64,000 bases of DNA from Candidatus Woesearchaeota archaeon (lineage in GTDB: Archaea; Nanobdellota; Nanobdellia; Woesearchaeales; DSVV01): positions 1,598 to 65,597 of the forward strand of contig JAGVYW010000003.1 of NCBI GenBank assembly GCA_018303075.1. Direction: 5' to 3'. The notes under the pieces were generated by a model that was not told where the DNA came from, ran no database searches, and saw only the letters and a program-made list of their open reading frames with translations. This document shows positions 7,472 through 18,900 of the stretch, piece after piece; the first letter of the stretch is position 1, and each line of letters opens with the position of its first letter. A program made the translations under genes and the position numbers.

Positions 7472-10400
7472 TTACTTCTTCACTTTCTTTCTCAATTCTT
7501 CAATCGCATTGCCTGACTTTCCTTTTACTGTCTTTGCTAATGCTGCGAATGGATCTTGTTTTGCTGCATCTTGCTTTGCTGCAGCTGGTTTTGCAGCAGA
7601 TTGCGGCGGGAATGATGATTTAGTCAGAGGTTGATTTAGTTTTCGATCAGTTGTTGTTGATTGCTTTGTTTGTGATTGTTGCGATACTGTTGTTTTTTCC
7701 TGCAGTTTTGGTGTATCTTTCTTTGCAGATAAACCTAATGAATCGAATTTGCTTAAAATATCTTCACGCTGTCTTTTTCTTAGCTCTTCTTTTTTCTTGC
7801 GCAATTCTGCTGACATAGGCATGAATCTTCCTGCAGATTGACGCGGGAATTGCTGCTGCGATGTGCTTAGAGGTTGTGACTGTGATTTTGAGCTTAATGG
7901 CGACAATTGCTGTGATGAAAATAACGACTTCTGCATAAATTTGATGTAATAATAATATCCTCCTCCACCTAATAAGATAAGGAATAAGAAAATTAGTAAG
8001 AGAATCGTACCTATGCCTGAGCTTTCTTCTTCTGGCTCTTCATCAAGTGATTCATCTGCTGGTTCTTGCCCTATTTCATCTCCTTCACATGCTTCACAGG
8101 ATTTTCCACCACAATCAATGTCTGCCTCATCACCATTTCTTTTGCCGTCAAAACATGATGGTTGAGTGCAAATATTTTTCTCGCAAGAATTTGTCGTACA
8201 ATCACTGTTGAAACTGCATGCTTTTCCTTTTTCACATGCATCGCATAATGTTCCACCGCAATCAATATCTGATTCATCTTGATTTAATATAGTATCTTCG
8301 CATGATGCTTTTTTACAAATATTGTTTAGACATTTTTTTGATGCACAGTCTGAGTCGTTTGTACAAGCGTTGTTATTGGAACATTTAGGACAATTGCCGC
8401 CACAATCTACACCTGACTCATTGATATCTTTCTTATTATTCTTACATAAATCAACTAAATCTGGTTTTCCAATAGTTACTAAACTTTCTGTACTTATTGT
8501 AACACCATCACTCGATGATACTTTCGAAGAAGTCAATCCAACATTGTTTGTTGCTTTTGCACTCCAATAATATTTAGTCTTGTTTAGCAATTTTAAACCT
8601 GAAACTGTAACTTTTGAATCTGTTGTATTTGCCCAACTAAAAACATCAGATGCTCCTTGTTTTGTACCTATTGCGAATTCATAGTATTTAATGCCAGATT
8701 CATTATCTTCATAATTAAACACTGCGCTTAGAGTGTCGAGACTGCTTGTGGTTATACCGTCGTCAATGCTTTTGAATAATGGAGCAGTTGTGTCAACGAT
8801 AAATGAATGGTAACCTAACATCAATTCATCTGCATTCATCAGTTTACAGCTGAAATAATAAGTATATTTTCCATCTTTGAAATCTTTTTCGTTTGATTCG
8901 TGATGTTTGTTTGCTTTATCTCCTTGTTTTGTTGTTGTTAAATTTTCTGTCAAACTATCTTCAATTTGACCAAAACTGCAGTATTCAACTTGCTTTTCTG
9001 TTTCAAGTATAATCTTATGCTTTTTTACTGACGTTAGTAATGGGGGAGATAAAAAGTTCATACCTATTCCATAACTTGTATCTACCTTAAATGTTAATGA
9101 TTTCTTTTCGCTAACGTATTTTGGATCTGTTAAACCATTGTCACACTGCACATAATAAGTGTAATCATCTTTACCATCTGACCTATCTTGTTTATCATCA
9201 ATCCTTTTTATATCTGCTGCAGGATATTCATTGCTTAGTTCTTCCTGATTTATAGTTTTTAATGGAATCTCACCATATCCTGGAAATTTATTGTTCATAT
9301 TAGAATAACTATAATCAGGCTGTCTTGTAAATTTACATTGTGTTAAGTCATCTGTTTTTACAACTAAATTTGTTTTTATTGGGAATTCTGTCAAGGCAGG
9401 AGGATCTTTGTTGTTGCTTGGATCAATTGTTAATGAAGTGATTATTGGAGTTGTATTGTCAAACACTAATAAGAATATCTGCTCTGCTTCTACTGAACCC
9501 TGCAAAAAACATTTTACATAGAATGTTTTTGGAATTCCCTGATCTGCGTCTGTTAATGTTATTTTTTCTGTAAATGTTTTTCCATTACCATTATTGAATT
9601 TATTAGATGGAACAAAGCTTTGCGATTGTGAATAGATACATTCTTTTGCTGTGATATCAAGAGATTCTTTTAGCTTAATCTTAAAATCAAAATCTGGCTT
9701 TTCAGAAATTCCATTAGATGGAGAAACTAATTGAATCAATTGCTCTTGTATTAATGTACGCAGGATGTAATATGATTTTGTTTCTTCAGCTCCAGATCTG
9801 TCAACAGCTGTAATTTTTACTTCATTTAAACCTTCAGCAAGATCAACTGTAATTGATAATTTTTCATTTGCTGGTTTTTCCTCAAAAAATACTGATTGAG
9901 CTGCATCAACACTGATAACTTCAACAGTTACTTTGTTGTTTGCAGGCGAATTTAATACTGCATCTGGATCTTCTATTGTTATCTCTAAATCATATGTTGA
10001 ACCATACCATTGCTTTGGGTTATCTGGAGTTGTAAATTGTGCAAGATAGTCAACGTCAATCTTTGGTGGAAGAGAATCAATCTGGAATTTAACACAATTC
10101 TTCTCTTCAAATAATCCTCCTTTGCCATCAATTACTTTCTCTTGTGATTTGTAGCAAAGCCATTGCTGTGATGCCTGTGAAAATGCTGCATCTATTGAAT
10201 AGATTGGATTGTAAATGTTTTCTTGTTTTGTTGGATCTGGTTCACAAAATGAGTTGCCTTCTGTGTTTTCAGTAATGCAAAAATATGTTTTGTCACAATC
10301 AAATCCTATTGCTGTTTGCCCAAAAAAAATGGACTTTGGATCATCTGAGCAGCTGAAGAATAATTTTTCTGCAATATCTGTTCCTTTGTAAAATAATGAT

Positions 10401-13400
10401 GTATCAAAAGGTTTTGCGTTAATATCTATAATTGTTGTTTTTGGCGCCTGCTTATCAAGCACAAATTGAATCTCATCTTCATGCTGTTGGCCATCAATTG
10501 TACATGAAATAGGATAGATGTATTCCTTGCTTTCACTTAGTGTTATCTTTGAAGAATATTTGTATGCTTTTCCTTCTGGAATCTCTATTTCTTGAGTTTC
10601 TTGGAATGCTGTGCCGCCAACTGTACAATCTGCTTCTGCCAATGTTGTTGCTTCTAATGTGATCTCACCATTGTCTAATATTCCTGTTGGCTGTACATTC
10701 TGGATCATCAAATCTGCATCTACTTTGAGCAAGAAAGAAGTCTCTCCTTTATTACCTAATGAATCTGTGCAAGAAACTGTGTATCTGTAAACTCCATCCT
10801 CTAAATTATTGTATTTTACCTGGAAAGCTTTGCCTGTGTCAATATCAATCTCACTGTTCTGATTATTCTCAAACTTATCTGTACATGTTGCTTCTTCATC
10901 TAATGTTACTGTTATCACAACACTTGATTCTATGTATGGATAGTCAGTATCAGGAATCACTTGATATTTCATAGTTATTTCAGGAGGTTTTCTGTCAACA
11001 TCTATTACTGCAGATTGAACTTCTTCAAGATTATCTGAATAATCAACTGAATAATAATATAGATTGTATAACCCATGATCAATTGGCAATGTAAATTGTT
11101 TGTCTGGTTCTGGTTTGTAGAGTTTGTCTGGATAACATTGAGGGTTAGTTGTTTTGTTATAACAGTAATATGTTTCTTTCAATCCACTTGATGGACGTCC
11201 TCGTACTGAGTCATCTGTCACTGAAAATAATAAATCAACTGTTCTTGTCTTTAATAGTGTCAACAGAATTGTTTTAGGAGGTGTGATGTCTAAAACATTG
11301 CCTAACATCTTATCACCTGGATCTTGAAATCCATCACCATCTGCATCTTTGTAACAATTCCAATCATAATTCTTTGAAGTGTTCCAGTAACATGTAGGAA
11401 TGTTCATGAAATTTATGCTTGGGGTAGTTATTTTATTTGTGCCAGAGATTCTTTTTCCATCTTTGTACTGCACGCCAATTTCTGATTGATCTCCACCATG
11501 ACATTCTTCTGATGTTAGAAAATCAGTGCAAGCGACTTCTGGTTCTGGCGAGCAGACGAAATCATTGACAGCAGTGCCTGCTTTGTAACATTTTGTTTGT
11601 TCTGAACTGAATTTTTTGCATTTGTTAACGTCACAATAATCAAAGATTGCATTGAATGATGATTGTTCACATTGGCTGCAAATATTGAAGTCTATGTTTG
11701 TTTCCTTGCAGATACCTATCCCTAACTCTGGATAAAGCATTGACCATTCACAGTCTCGTGTCAGACATTTGTTGTTAAATGCAACGTCTTTGTTTGTGTT
11801 TTTTAATGCTGAACATGATTCCTTGGTTTTGTAATCTGAACAAACATCAACACTCTTACACTCTTCAAATGCATCTTTGACTGTCTTTGTTGATTCATAA
11901 TAACATAATGGCACTTCCATGCAATCTTTTCCATTAAAATCATCATCATCATTTATTAATTTACTTTGTTTTGATGCATACATATTGAAAGGATTGCCGC
12001 AGAAGATGCAAGCGCTTTGATAGACGCAACTTGCAAATCCTTTTTCATCTGGACCATAGCAATATTTATTTGGACCTTGTTTTTCACAGAATGTATCTCC
12101 TGGATCATTTTTTCCTTTTGATTTTAACTGATTCTTTTCATCACAAGAATATATCTCTGTATCATAAGTTGTAAAATCTTTTAAAGGGGTTTTAATACAG
12201 AACTCTGAACCTTGTTTGTATGGTGTTATCAAACAAATTTCACTACCTGAACTTTCACAGACTACGTCTGAATCTATTTTTTTAGTTGTTTTGGGATAAT
12301 TTGCCCGCACTACATAACAATAGTTTTTGTTTGCTTCAATCTTATTATCAATTAAATCAGGTGAAAGAGTATTTTCAATATTAGGTGACCATTTACCTGT
12401 ATCTGCTGTTGCAGGTGTTAAACAATCTTCTTTTGTGCCAATACAACGAAGTAATGTTACAGGTACAGGACAATTTTTTATGTCATAATTAATGATAATC
12501 TCTTTTTTACCTGCAATATGATTTATTTTTGTGATTGTAAATGGTTTTGAGCTTGTTGCATCCTGACAAGCTGGACATTCATCACAAGAATCTGGAATAC
12601 CGTCTTTATCACAATCGTTTGATTCACCTGTACAGCATACCCAGAAATTGTTCACTGATTTGATATATTTTGCATAAGTTTTTGTTGAAACTTTACAAGC
12701 TGCAGGCCAAGTATCTGGAGATTTTGTTGGAGTTGTTGAATCATCACATTTTAAACCATTGCATTCAATATCTTCACAATCTATCTGCGAGTTATCGTTG
12801 TTATCAATGCCATCATTACAAATTTCTGTTTTTGGGCAGTTTTCTAGTTTAATTTCATCACCATATTTGCCATTTTTACATTCGATAACCTCCTGGCAAC
12901 CATCATCGTCAATACTAACTGCTAACTTGTCACCATCTTTACAATCTTTTGGCGGTTGATCTTCACATTTCTTTCCAATATATGAATCTTGTTTATCATA
13001 ACAGTATTTGCCAGCGCCACATTTCTTACCACCGCAATCACAATCTGTATCTGGCTTTGTTAAGCAAGTAGATAAGCCAAGCTCTGAATTCATTGCTTTT
13101 GAAGTACAATCTTGATCATTGCTTGCATCTGACCCATAATCTGTTTTTCCATCATCATCATTATCAATGCCGTCATCACAAGCAGTGCCTGTTTTTGGAG
13201 CTGTTGCATCTTTTTCCTGCTTACAATAATCCACACAATTTGCTGCAGTGTATGAATTATATTTATCATTGTCTTCAATGAGTGATTTTTTATTGAATAC
13301 ACCAACTTTATCATCTTCACAAAATTTTATTGATACGTCAAATTCTGCTCCAATTTGAGAATTAGATGCAGTATAACAGCAGCAACCTAACTCGCAAATC

Positions 13401-13615
13401 GTAGGAGCTTTTGGATCTGGATCAATAATACCATCTGAAGAACTGCATTCTTCGGCTGTTAATGCAGTACACTGCCCAGAACCAGGGATATAACATTCAA
13501 AGTAATCTGTATCATCAGCAGAAGTTTTTTGCAAATTTAAGAGAATACTAACTAATAAAACTATTAATATACCTATAACTACAACAAACCTCTTTTTACT
13601 TATGTATTTTAACAT
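7472..13615 (-). CDS. giant (2047 aa) type-I membrane surface protein: signal peptide, ~1850-aa Cys-rich ectodomain with DGIDNDDDG calcium-binding-like motifs and three CGGxxCxxCxxGxxC modules, TM (GIGTILLLIFLFLILLGGGGYYYY), ~160-aa S/Q/K/P-rich cytoplasmic tail
   Basis: Single uninterrupted ORF; N-terminal MLKYISKKRFVVVIGILIVLLVSILL signal; >120 Cys; C-terminal hydrophobic helix then low-complexity tail with KKKEELRKRQRE. Confidence 0.7.
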   Translation of the reverse strand: MLKYISKKRFVVVIGILIVLLVSILLNLQKTSADDTDYFECYIPGSGQCTALTAEECSSSDGIIDPDPKAPTICELGCCCYTASNSQIGAEFDVSIKFCEDDKVGVFNKKSLIEDNDKYNSYTAANCVDYCKQEKDATAPKTGTACDDGIDNDDDGKTDYGSDASNDQDCTSKAMNSELGLSTCLTKPDTDCDCGGKKCGAGKYCYDKQDSYIGKKCEDQPPKDCKDGDKLAVSIDDDGCQEVIECKNGKYGDEIKLENCPKTEICNDGIDNNDNSQIDCEDIECNGLKCDDSTTPTKSPDTWPAACKVSTKTYAKYIKSVNNFWVCCTGESNDCDKDGIPDSCDECPACQDATSSKPFTITKINHIAGKKEIIINYDIKNCPVPVTLLRCIGTKEDCLTPATADTGKWSPNIENTLSPDLIDNKIEANKNYCYVVRANYPKTTKKIDSDVVCESSGSEICLITPYKQGSEFCIKTPLKDFTTYDTEIYSCDEKNQLKSKGKNDPGDTFCEKQGPNKYCYGPDEKGFASCVYQSACIFCGNPFNMYASKQSKLINDDDDFNGKDCMEVPLCYYESTKTVKDAFEECKSVDVCSDYKTKESCSALKNTNKDVAFNNKCLTRDCEWSMLYPELGIGICKETNIDFNICSQCEQSSFNAIFDYCDVNKCKKFSSEQTKCYKAGTAVNDFVCSPEPEVACTDFLTSEECHGGDQSEIGVQYKDGKRISGTNKITTPSINFMNIPTCYWNTSKNYDWNCYKDADGDGFQDPGDKMLGNVLDITPPKTILLTLLKTRTVDLLFSVTDDSVRGRPSSGLKETYYCYNKTTNPQCYPDKLYKPEPDKQFTLPIDHGLYNLYYYSVDYSDNLEEVQSAVIDVDRKPPEITMKYQVIPDTDYPYIESSVVITVTLDEEATCTDKFENNQNSEIDIDTGKAFQVKYNNLEDGVYRYTVSCTDSLGNKGETSFLLKVDADLMIQNVQPTGILDNGEITLEATTLAEADCTVGGTAFQETQEIEIPEGKAYKYSSKITLSESKEYIYPISCTIDGQQHEDEIQFVLDKQAPKTTIIDINAKPFDTSLFYKGTDIAEKLFFSCSDDPKSIFFGQTAIGFDCDKTYFCITENTEGNSFCEPDPTKQENIYNPIYSIDAAFSQASQQWLCYKSQEKVIDGKGGLFEEKNCVKFQIDSLPPKIDVDYLAQFTTPDNPKQWYGSTYDLEITIEDPDAVLNSPANNKVTVEVISVDAAQSVFFEEKPANEKLSITVDLAEGLNEVKITAVDRSGAEETKSYYILRTLIQEQLIQLVSPSNGISEKPDFDFKIKLKESLDITAKECIYSQSQSFVPSNKFNNGNGKTFTEKITLTDADQGIPKTFYVKCFLQGSVEAEQIFLLVFDNTTPIITSLTIDPSNNKDPPALTEFPIKTNLVVKTDDLTQCKFTRQPDYSYSNMNNKFPGYGEIPLKTINQEELSNEYPAADIKRIDDKQDRSDGKDDYTYYVQCDNGLTDPKYVSEKKSLTFKVDTSYGIGMNFLSPPLLTSVKKHKIILETEKQVEYCSFGQIEDSLTENLTTTKQGDKANKHHESNEKDFKDGKYTYYFSCKLMNADELMLGYHSFIVDTTAPLFKSIDDGITTSSLDTLSAVFNYEDNESGIKYYEFAIGTKQGASDVFSWANTTDSKVTVSGLKLLNKTKYYWSAKATNNVGLTSSKVSSSDGVTISTESLVTIGKPDLVDLCKNNKKDINESGVDCGGNCPKCSNNNACTNDSDCASKKCLNNICKKASCEDTILNQDESDIDCGGTLCDACEKGKACSFNSDCTTNSCEKNICTQPSCFDGKRNGDEADIDCGGKSCEACEGDEIGQEPADESLDEEPEEESSGIGTILLLIFLFLILLGGGGYYYYIKFMQKSLFSSQQLSPLSSKSQSQPLSTSQQQFPRQSAGRFMPMSAELRKKKEELRKRQREDILSKFDSLGLSAKKDTPKLQEKTTVSQQSQTKQSTTTDRKLNQPLTKSSFPPQSAAKPAAAKQDAAKQDPFAALAKTVKGKSGNAIEELRKKVKK

Positions 13616-13729
13616 AGTATTTATCTTGTTTCAGAGAATTGAAGTATATATACTTTTGTATTTATCGTATGCCGAAAAATACAAAACATTTATATATAAC
13701 AATAACCTTACAAATTGTAGTGGAATTGT

Positions 13730-13972
13730 ATGGATACTGTAGAATATACAATAAGACCAACAAAACATTTCATATTTGGCTGGATGAAAAAATGGGATTA
13801 TGATATAGAATTACTCAGAACAGCTTTAGAAACAGCATATAAAATAGAAAAAGTTGGAAAAATTAAATATGAAGCTTATTTTAGAGCAAAAGGTAAAAGC
13901 AGAAAATTAATATTTGTTAAAGATGATGTTGCCAAAGATATAATCATAATAACAGGAGCTGAAGGAAAATGA
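13730..13972 (+). CDS. small toxin-like protein (80 aa), DUF4258-like (…KLIFVKDDVAKDIIIITGAEGK)
   Basis: ATGA 4-bp overlap with downstream zinc-ribbon gene; C-terminal h-x-h-V...IITay pattern recalled for DUF4258 toxins that pair with YgiT/MqsA-type antitoxins. Confidence 0.4.
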   Translation: MDTVEYTIRPTKHFIFGWMKKWDYDIELLRTALETAYKIEKVGKIKYEAYFRAKGKSRKLIFVKDDVAKDIIIITGAEGK

Positions 13973-14310
13973 AACAATGTAATATTTGTGAAAAAGGAAT
14001 GCTTGAAAAAGTAGAGGACATACTCCTTGAGATTGAGAATTATGCATTTGTTGTCAAGGGAGAAAGATGCAATTCCTGCAATGAAGAAATTCCTTTTGAA
14101 GAAGAGACACAAAAAACAATAAACACAGCTAGAAAACTCGGAGTTTGGCCTGAACCATTGAAATTATATAGACATTTTTCTCGAAGTGGGGGTGGACTTG
14201 TCTTTCGTGTTCCTAATGATTTAGAACGCCAAATGCATCTCTCTGAAAAAACAGAAATAGGCATAAGCAAAGTAGGCCGTAAAATTATTATTGAACCAAT
14301 TGAGAATTGA
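13969..14310 (+). CDS. antitoxin-like: YgiT/MqsA-type zinc ribbon (CNIC...CNSC) fused to AbrB/MazE-like C-terminal domain
   Basis: C5-x2-C8 ... C34-x2-C37 spacing typical of YgiT-type zinc finger; C-terminal GGGLVFRVPNDLERQMHL swapped-hairpin-like. Confidence 0.45.
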   Translation: MKQCNICEKGMLEKVEDILLEIENYAFVVKGERCNSCNEEIPFEEETQKTINTARKLGVWPEPLKLYRHFSRSGGGLVFRVPNDLERQMHLSEKTEIGISKVGRKIIIEPIEN

Positions 14311-14352
14311 TAAATGTATTTTTCGAATTTACCGCAAAAAACTAGTTGGTTA

Positions 14353-15918
14353 TTAAGATTCTGGCTTAGAAAAAACCAATACTCTCGCTAATTGATAATC
14401 ACATTTGTTTGCATCGTCGCAAGCAACTATCTTAATTGGATAATAACCTAGTTCTGGAAAAGAAACTTCTGTTACAAGTGTATCTGTGGATAACAAGTCA
14501 CAAGATTCAAATGATGATATGATTGAATCAAACTTATTTTTATCCAGAACATCGTTTGGATTTACAATACAAGGTGCAGAAGTTGATGTAGAATACATTG
14601 CGTAACTCTGTTGATCCATTGCACCAGCTATATGAAAATCTTCATCAGGATCATATGCTTTTACTTCAATTTGAGCAGCTGAACCTGCTTCTAAGACAAT
14701 ATCTACATATTTTCCTAATTCTACCATCTGGTGTGATTCTAAATCTTCTGCTGCACTTAAATCTTTAATTAGATCAATTGCAGGAACTCTGTTTTGGAGT
14801 GCAACTTGAAATCTATAAGGTTCTCCGTCAATAAGTTTTGATGAATCTTCAATCACTAATATGTCATCGTATGCTGGATCATTATTCTGGTCATTAGGGC
14901 TGCTTGAAATGCCAACATTGTTTAACTTGTAAATTTTCATCTTTTGTTTTAAGCATTGATATTTAATCAGTTTTCCGTCTTTAACTGCATCGCATAACTG
15001 CATGTCTTCATTTGCTGCATCTTGAGTCATGTCAAAGAAGATATTGTTAATATCATTTTTTATTAGATATGAAACTAAAGCATGAATCTGCTTGATATGA
15101 ATTGGAACAAGCACTTTGTTTTTAATGAATGCAATATCTGATTGCTGGCCTTCATTGATGATTTTGCCTGATAATGTTAAAACAGCTTCAACACCTTCTT
15201 CTTTGATAACAATTGTAGTATTTGCTTCTCCAAGAACAGCTTTTCCCTGATCAACTAATTCTTTTAATTCTGGAAAGTTTTCTAATTTAATGCAAGACTT
15301 GACTTTTTCATTAATGTATTTTTCTAACAAGTCTTGAATTGAAAATGATTCTGGCTTATTTAAATCATAACTATTTGGATGAGTGCCACAAAAAAATAAC
15401 TTTTTTTGATCCTCTGTTAATCTATTTAAGTCACATAATGGAACTAATGGCATAAAGCCGGGGTAATTTCCAAACGGATTTTGGATATTGTAGACTGATT
15501 TTGGATCTTTTACTAATTTTACAATACCATAAGGATACTGAGGAACATCAGGATGGTTGCCAAAAAATTTTGGGGCAGTTAATCCATAAGCAACTGTTGT
15601 TTTTGTTTCTGTCTTATCTTTATATTTGAGTGATTTCACATCTGTAATCTGCAAAGCTCCAGGAATTCCGTTTTCTGCTTCAAAGATTGCTCCGCCTTGT
15701 CTGCCAAGCAAAACTAAACCTTCAGTTGTTGTCTGCTCTAAGCAAGAATCAATATATTTATTGTACTTTTTTATCTTTGCCTGTATGTCTACCTGTTTCT
15801 GCTGCTCAACTTCTGACTTTTTTTCAGTTGAAGAATGTAATAAATTATAAACTAGGAAGATTGAACCTAATACAACAATACCTATTATTACAAAAAATGT
15901 GATTTGGGCTTTTTTCAT
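14353..15918 (-). CDS. secreted protein (521 aa) with class-III-like signal peptide (MKKA|QITFFVIIGIVVLGSIFLV)
   Basis: K-A-Q then hydrophobic helix; 6-bp gap to upstream giant gene, so a 2-gene operon. Confidence 0.6.
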   Translation of the reverse strand: MKKAQITFFVIIGIVVLGSIFLVYNLLHSSTEKKSEVEQQKQVDIQAKIKKYNKYIDSCLEQTTTEGLVLLGRQGGAIFEAENGIPGALQITDVKSLKYKDKTETKTTVAYGLTAPKFFGNHPDVPQYPYGIVKLVKDPKSVYNIQNPFGNYPGFMPLVPLCDLNRLTEDQKKLFFCGTHPNSYDLNKPESFSIQDLLEKYINEKVKSCIKLENFPELKELVDQGKAVLGEANTTIVIKEEGVEAVLTLSGKIINEGQQSDIAFIKNKVLVPIHIKQIHALVSYLIKNDINNIFFDMTQDAANEDMQLCDAVKDGKLIKYQCLKQKMKIYKLNNVGISSSPNDQNNDPAYDDILVIEDSSKLIDGEPYRFQVALQNRVPAIDLIKDLSAAEDLESHQMVELGKYVDIVLEAGSAAQIEVKAYDPDEDFHIAGAMDQQSYAMYSTSTSAPCIVNPNDVLDKNKFDSIISSFESCDLLSTDTLVTEVSFPELGYYPIKIVACDDANKCDYQLARVLVFSKPES

Positions 15919-15924
15919 AAAAAA

Positions 15925-18900
15925 CTATCCATTTACTGGTAATTCCATCTGATTGCTGCTTAAAATAGCAGCTAATTGCGGTGAGATAATTGGTTCTATT
16001 GCTGGAACAAGTGCTGGATTTATTGGAATTGCCTGCAGTTGCTGTCTTATGCGAAGCTTTGATGTAAGATCTGAAAATTTATTATAAGGAATTCCATTTT
16101 CGTCTTCTGTCTTTGTAAATAAGTAAGTCAATGAACTTGTAGATATTGGAATCATATTACAGTAAATATCCTGATCTGCCTGAGCAATTTTAGTACAGTC
16201 AATATTTTGATTGAATATGCCGATAATTGGATTGAAATAAATTATTGCCGTAAAATAACGAAGCGAATGGCTTCCTGTCTCTCCAGAGCTAGGATCCCAT
16301 TTTCTTTCTGTAATTCCAAATATCAATTGGTTTGCTGCAATGTTTTTTAGCAGATAGAAATTATTGAAATCTGCAATCTCAGCAATTATATCAGAACCTT
16401 GAAAACTCTTTGATTTAAATGCATCAAGCTCTTTTTGACTTGAATGTAATCCGATTAATGTATTTGCGAATCCTTTCAATTGGCTGTTGTGTTTATTATA
16501 ATTCTCCTGTATATCTTTTAAATTATTTATACCATTCTTATTATAGATAATTGCCTTTAGCTTGTTGTTGTAATAAAGATGTTCTGAACATTTCTTGTAG
16601 ATACCATAACGGGAGCTGTCTTCTTCTTTTATATCACATTTAGCTGCATCCTCATCAAAGAAATCCCCGCTTTTTACAAAGCCAAGTGTATTGAATAATT
16701 CTGTTGGATCAAATGTGATTGAATCTTGTTCTGTGTTTTCTGATTCAACCTTATTAACTGTAACACCAAGATAGGTTTGATCTTTGACCTTTAAAATACA
16801 GAAACTATTGACTGCATCTTTGATAAGAATATTTGCAGCTTCTGTTTCTGCTGATATAGAATTGTAATTTAATGTTTGGTCAGCTGGAGCACAATGCAAT
16901 GTGAATTCATTGTCTCCTGCGATGTCTAACAATTGTATTGCTAATACTTTTGTCCTGCTTGACCATTCTGCATTGACAAGCTGGTTGTTCTTGTAGACTG
17001 GCTCGCAGAGATGATCCTTGTGAAAAAAGAATTCTTTGTTAGTGCAGAGAGAGATACCCCCAGATTTCAATTCGAGGTCTTCTGCATATTCTTCGAGATT
17101 AAGCGAACCTTCTTTGATTGTTGTATATTTTTGATCACATTGATCTTCATCATCATATGCTGCGCTTGGACAAGCACATGAGAATGATTCTGTGCAAAGA
17201 TTGCTGCCGTCTTGTTTTAATGTTTCCAATTCAATTGTGTCATTGTACCAGTTATATTTTGGTGTTGGTTCTTTCCATTCTCCACCTTTGCAGATGTAGA
17301 ACTTACCATCTCCTGTTGTTTCAGATGATACTGCTTCCCCTTCACTAACACAATTTGGTCCATCTTCATCTTCTGCAGGATTCCAGCAGGAGTTTGCAAA
17401 ACAACAACTTGAATAATCATAAGAATCTTTATCTACCCATGGAACTGTGGAGAGTTTCATTGGAATCTCTTCGAGCTCTAAGTTCTTTGCTTTTGAATCT
17501 GTAAGAATTAACTCTTCTGCGGGATAACCTAGCTTTACTGCTGTTTTAAGTGCTTCTTTTTCTTCATCGCTTAAAGTATCTGTTTCTTTAATGTTGTCTT
17601 CATTAAACACTAAAAAAGTATTATCTGGCAAACATGCAGAAATATATTTGTTTGTATTATCAATTGCAATTCTTTTTGCTTGGCAAGTATTGTAGTTTCG
17701 TTCAAGAGAGAATAAAGGTTCTTCTTGAGGTTCTAAAGCATCATTGCTTGTGATAAAATGAAATGCTGATGGAATAATAGGTGTTATAGTTGCTGTTTGT
17801 AATGCATTACAAGTCCAGATTTTTCCTTTGACTGCGTAGTAGCCTTGTTTTGAATTATCATCAATTGGATCATTGAATGGTTTTGCATAATCAATGTAAG
17901 TTGATTTGACACAAGCGCCGTTTGGAATCTTTAAAAGATTGCCGTCAATACTGTCATGTGTTGGATTTTCTTCATTATAAGTTATTTCTTTTCTTTCTTT
18001 TGTTTCGTAATTAAATTCCTGCATACAACAACGAGAACCTGTCCATCTGCCACTTAAGTAGAAATTACAAACATTATGAAGATAAGGATCGAATTTATTT
18101 TCTTCTTCTGGAGATTTAAGATCTTCCTTTACATATTCAGGATTTTGGCGGAGAACTGCGGTATCTTCAGATTCTATGGTGAAATCAATATCACTCGTTG
18201 AACTTGTAATTTTTGCAGCTTCATCGAGAGTTATCCATTCAAAAACATCTCCTTTGCCTTGATCAAAGTAGTGATTGCAATAGAGTGGTACTTTTTTCTC
18301 CCCTAATTTATATAAACCTAAATCTGTTGTTCCTAATCCGCGCAGTTTAACTTTGTTTTTAGTTCCAAAGTTTCCTTTATCATAATCTTTTCGAGGATAT
18401 GGGTTGCTTGTACAACGATATGCACCTGTTTCTGAATCAATTATTTGTATTGGTTCTCCATATTCTTTGTTATCTACACCCTCAACAATAGTTGGATATA
18501 AACAGAGTTTTTCTTGATTAGAATAATCTACTATTTCTGTTTCCTCAGGATGATTCAATGATATCTTTTGCTTGTTTTCGTTATAATTAATTACTTTATT
18601 TGTCAACCATATATAATCGTCACCACAGCATGCAACTTTTGCATTGTTGTTAAAATTAGTAATACTTCCAATTTTTTGATTATCCATATATGTACCAATA
18701 CATTGATTAGAATTCCCATCCCAATCTACTTGGTACATAAATCCTGTTTCTTCACCAAACATTACTGCAGTTCCTAAATATTCTTTTTGATATGTTTTAA
18801 CCTCTTTTGTATATGTAATCTCTGGATTAGACTGAGATTCAACTGTTGTTTGTGTTGCTTCACCTGATCTTCCTGATAAACTAAAAACTCTTGGAATCTG

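Noticed and set aside
8071-13320. Numerous 60-85-aa ORFs on both strands inside the 2047-aa gene (e.g. 8071..8277, 8322..8570, 10759..10974, 12670..12959, 13090..13320)
   Set aside because: Embedded in or antisense to a long uninterrupted CDS. AT-rich frame artefacts.
13643-13656. 14-bp palindrome AAGTATATATACTT upstream of the giant gene
   Set aside because: Most simply the TATA box of that promoter. Palindromy of TATATATA-centred sequence is expected.
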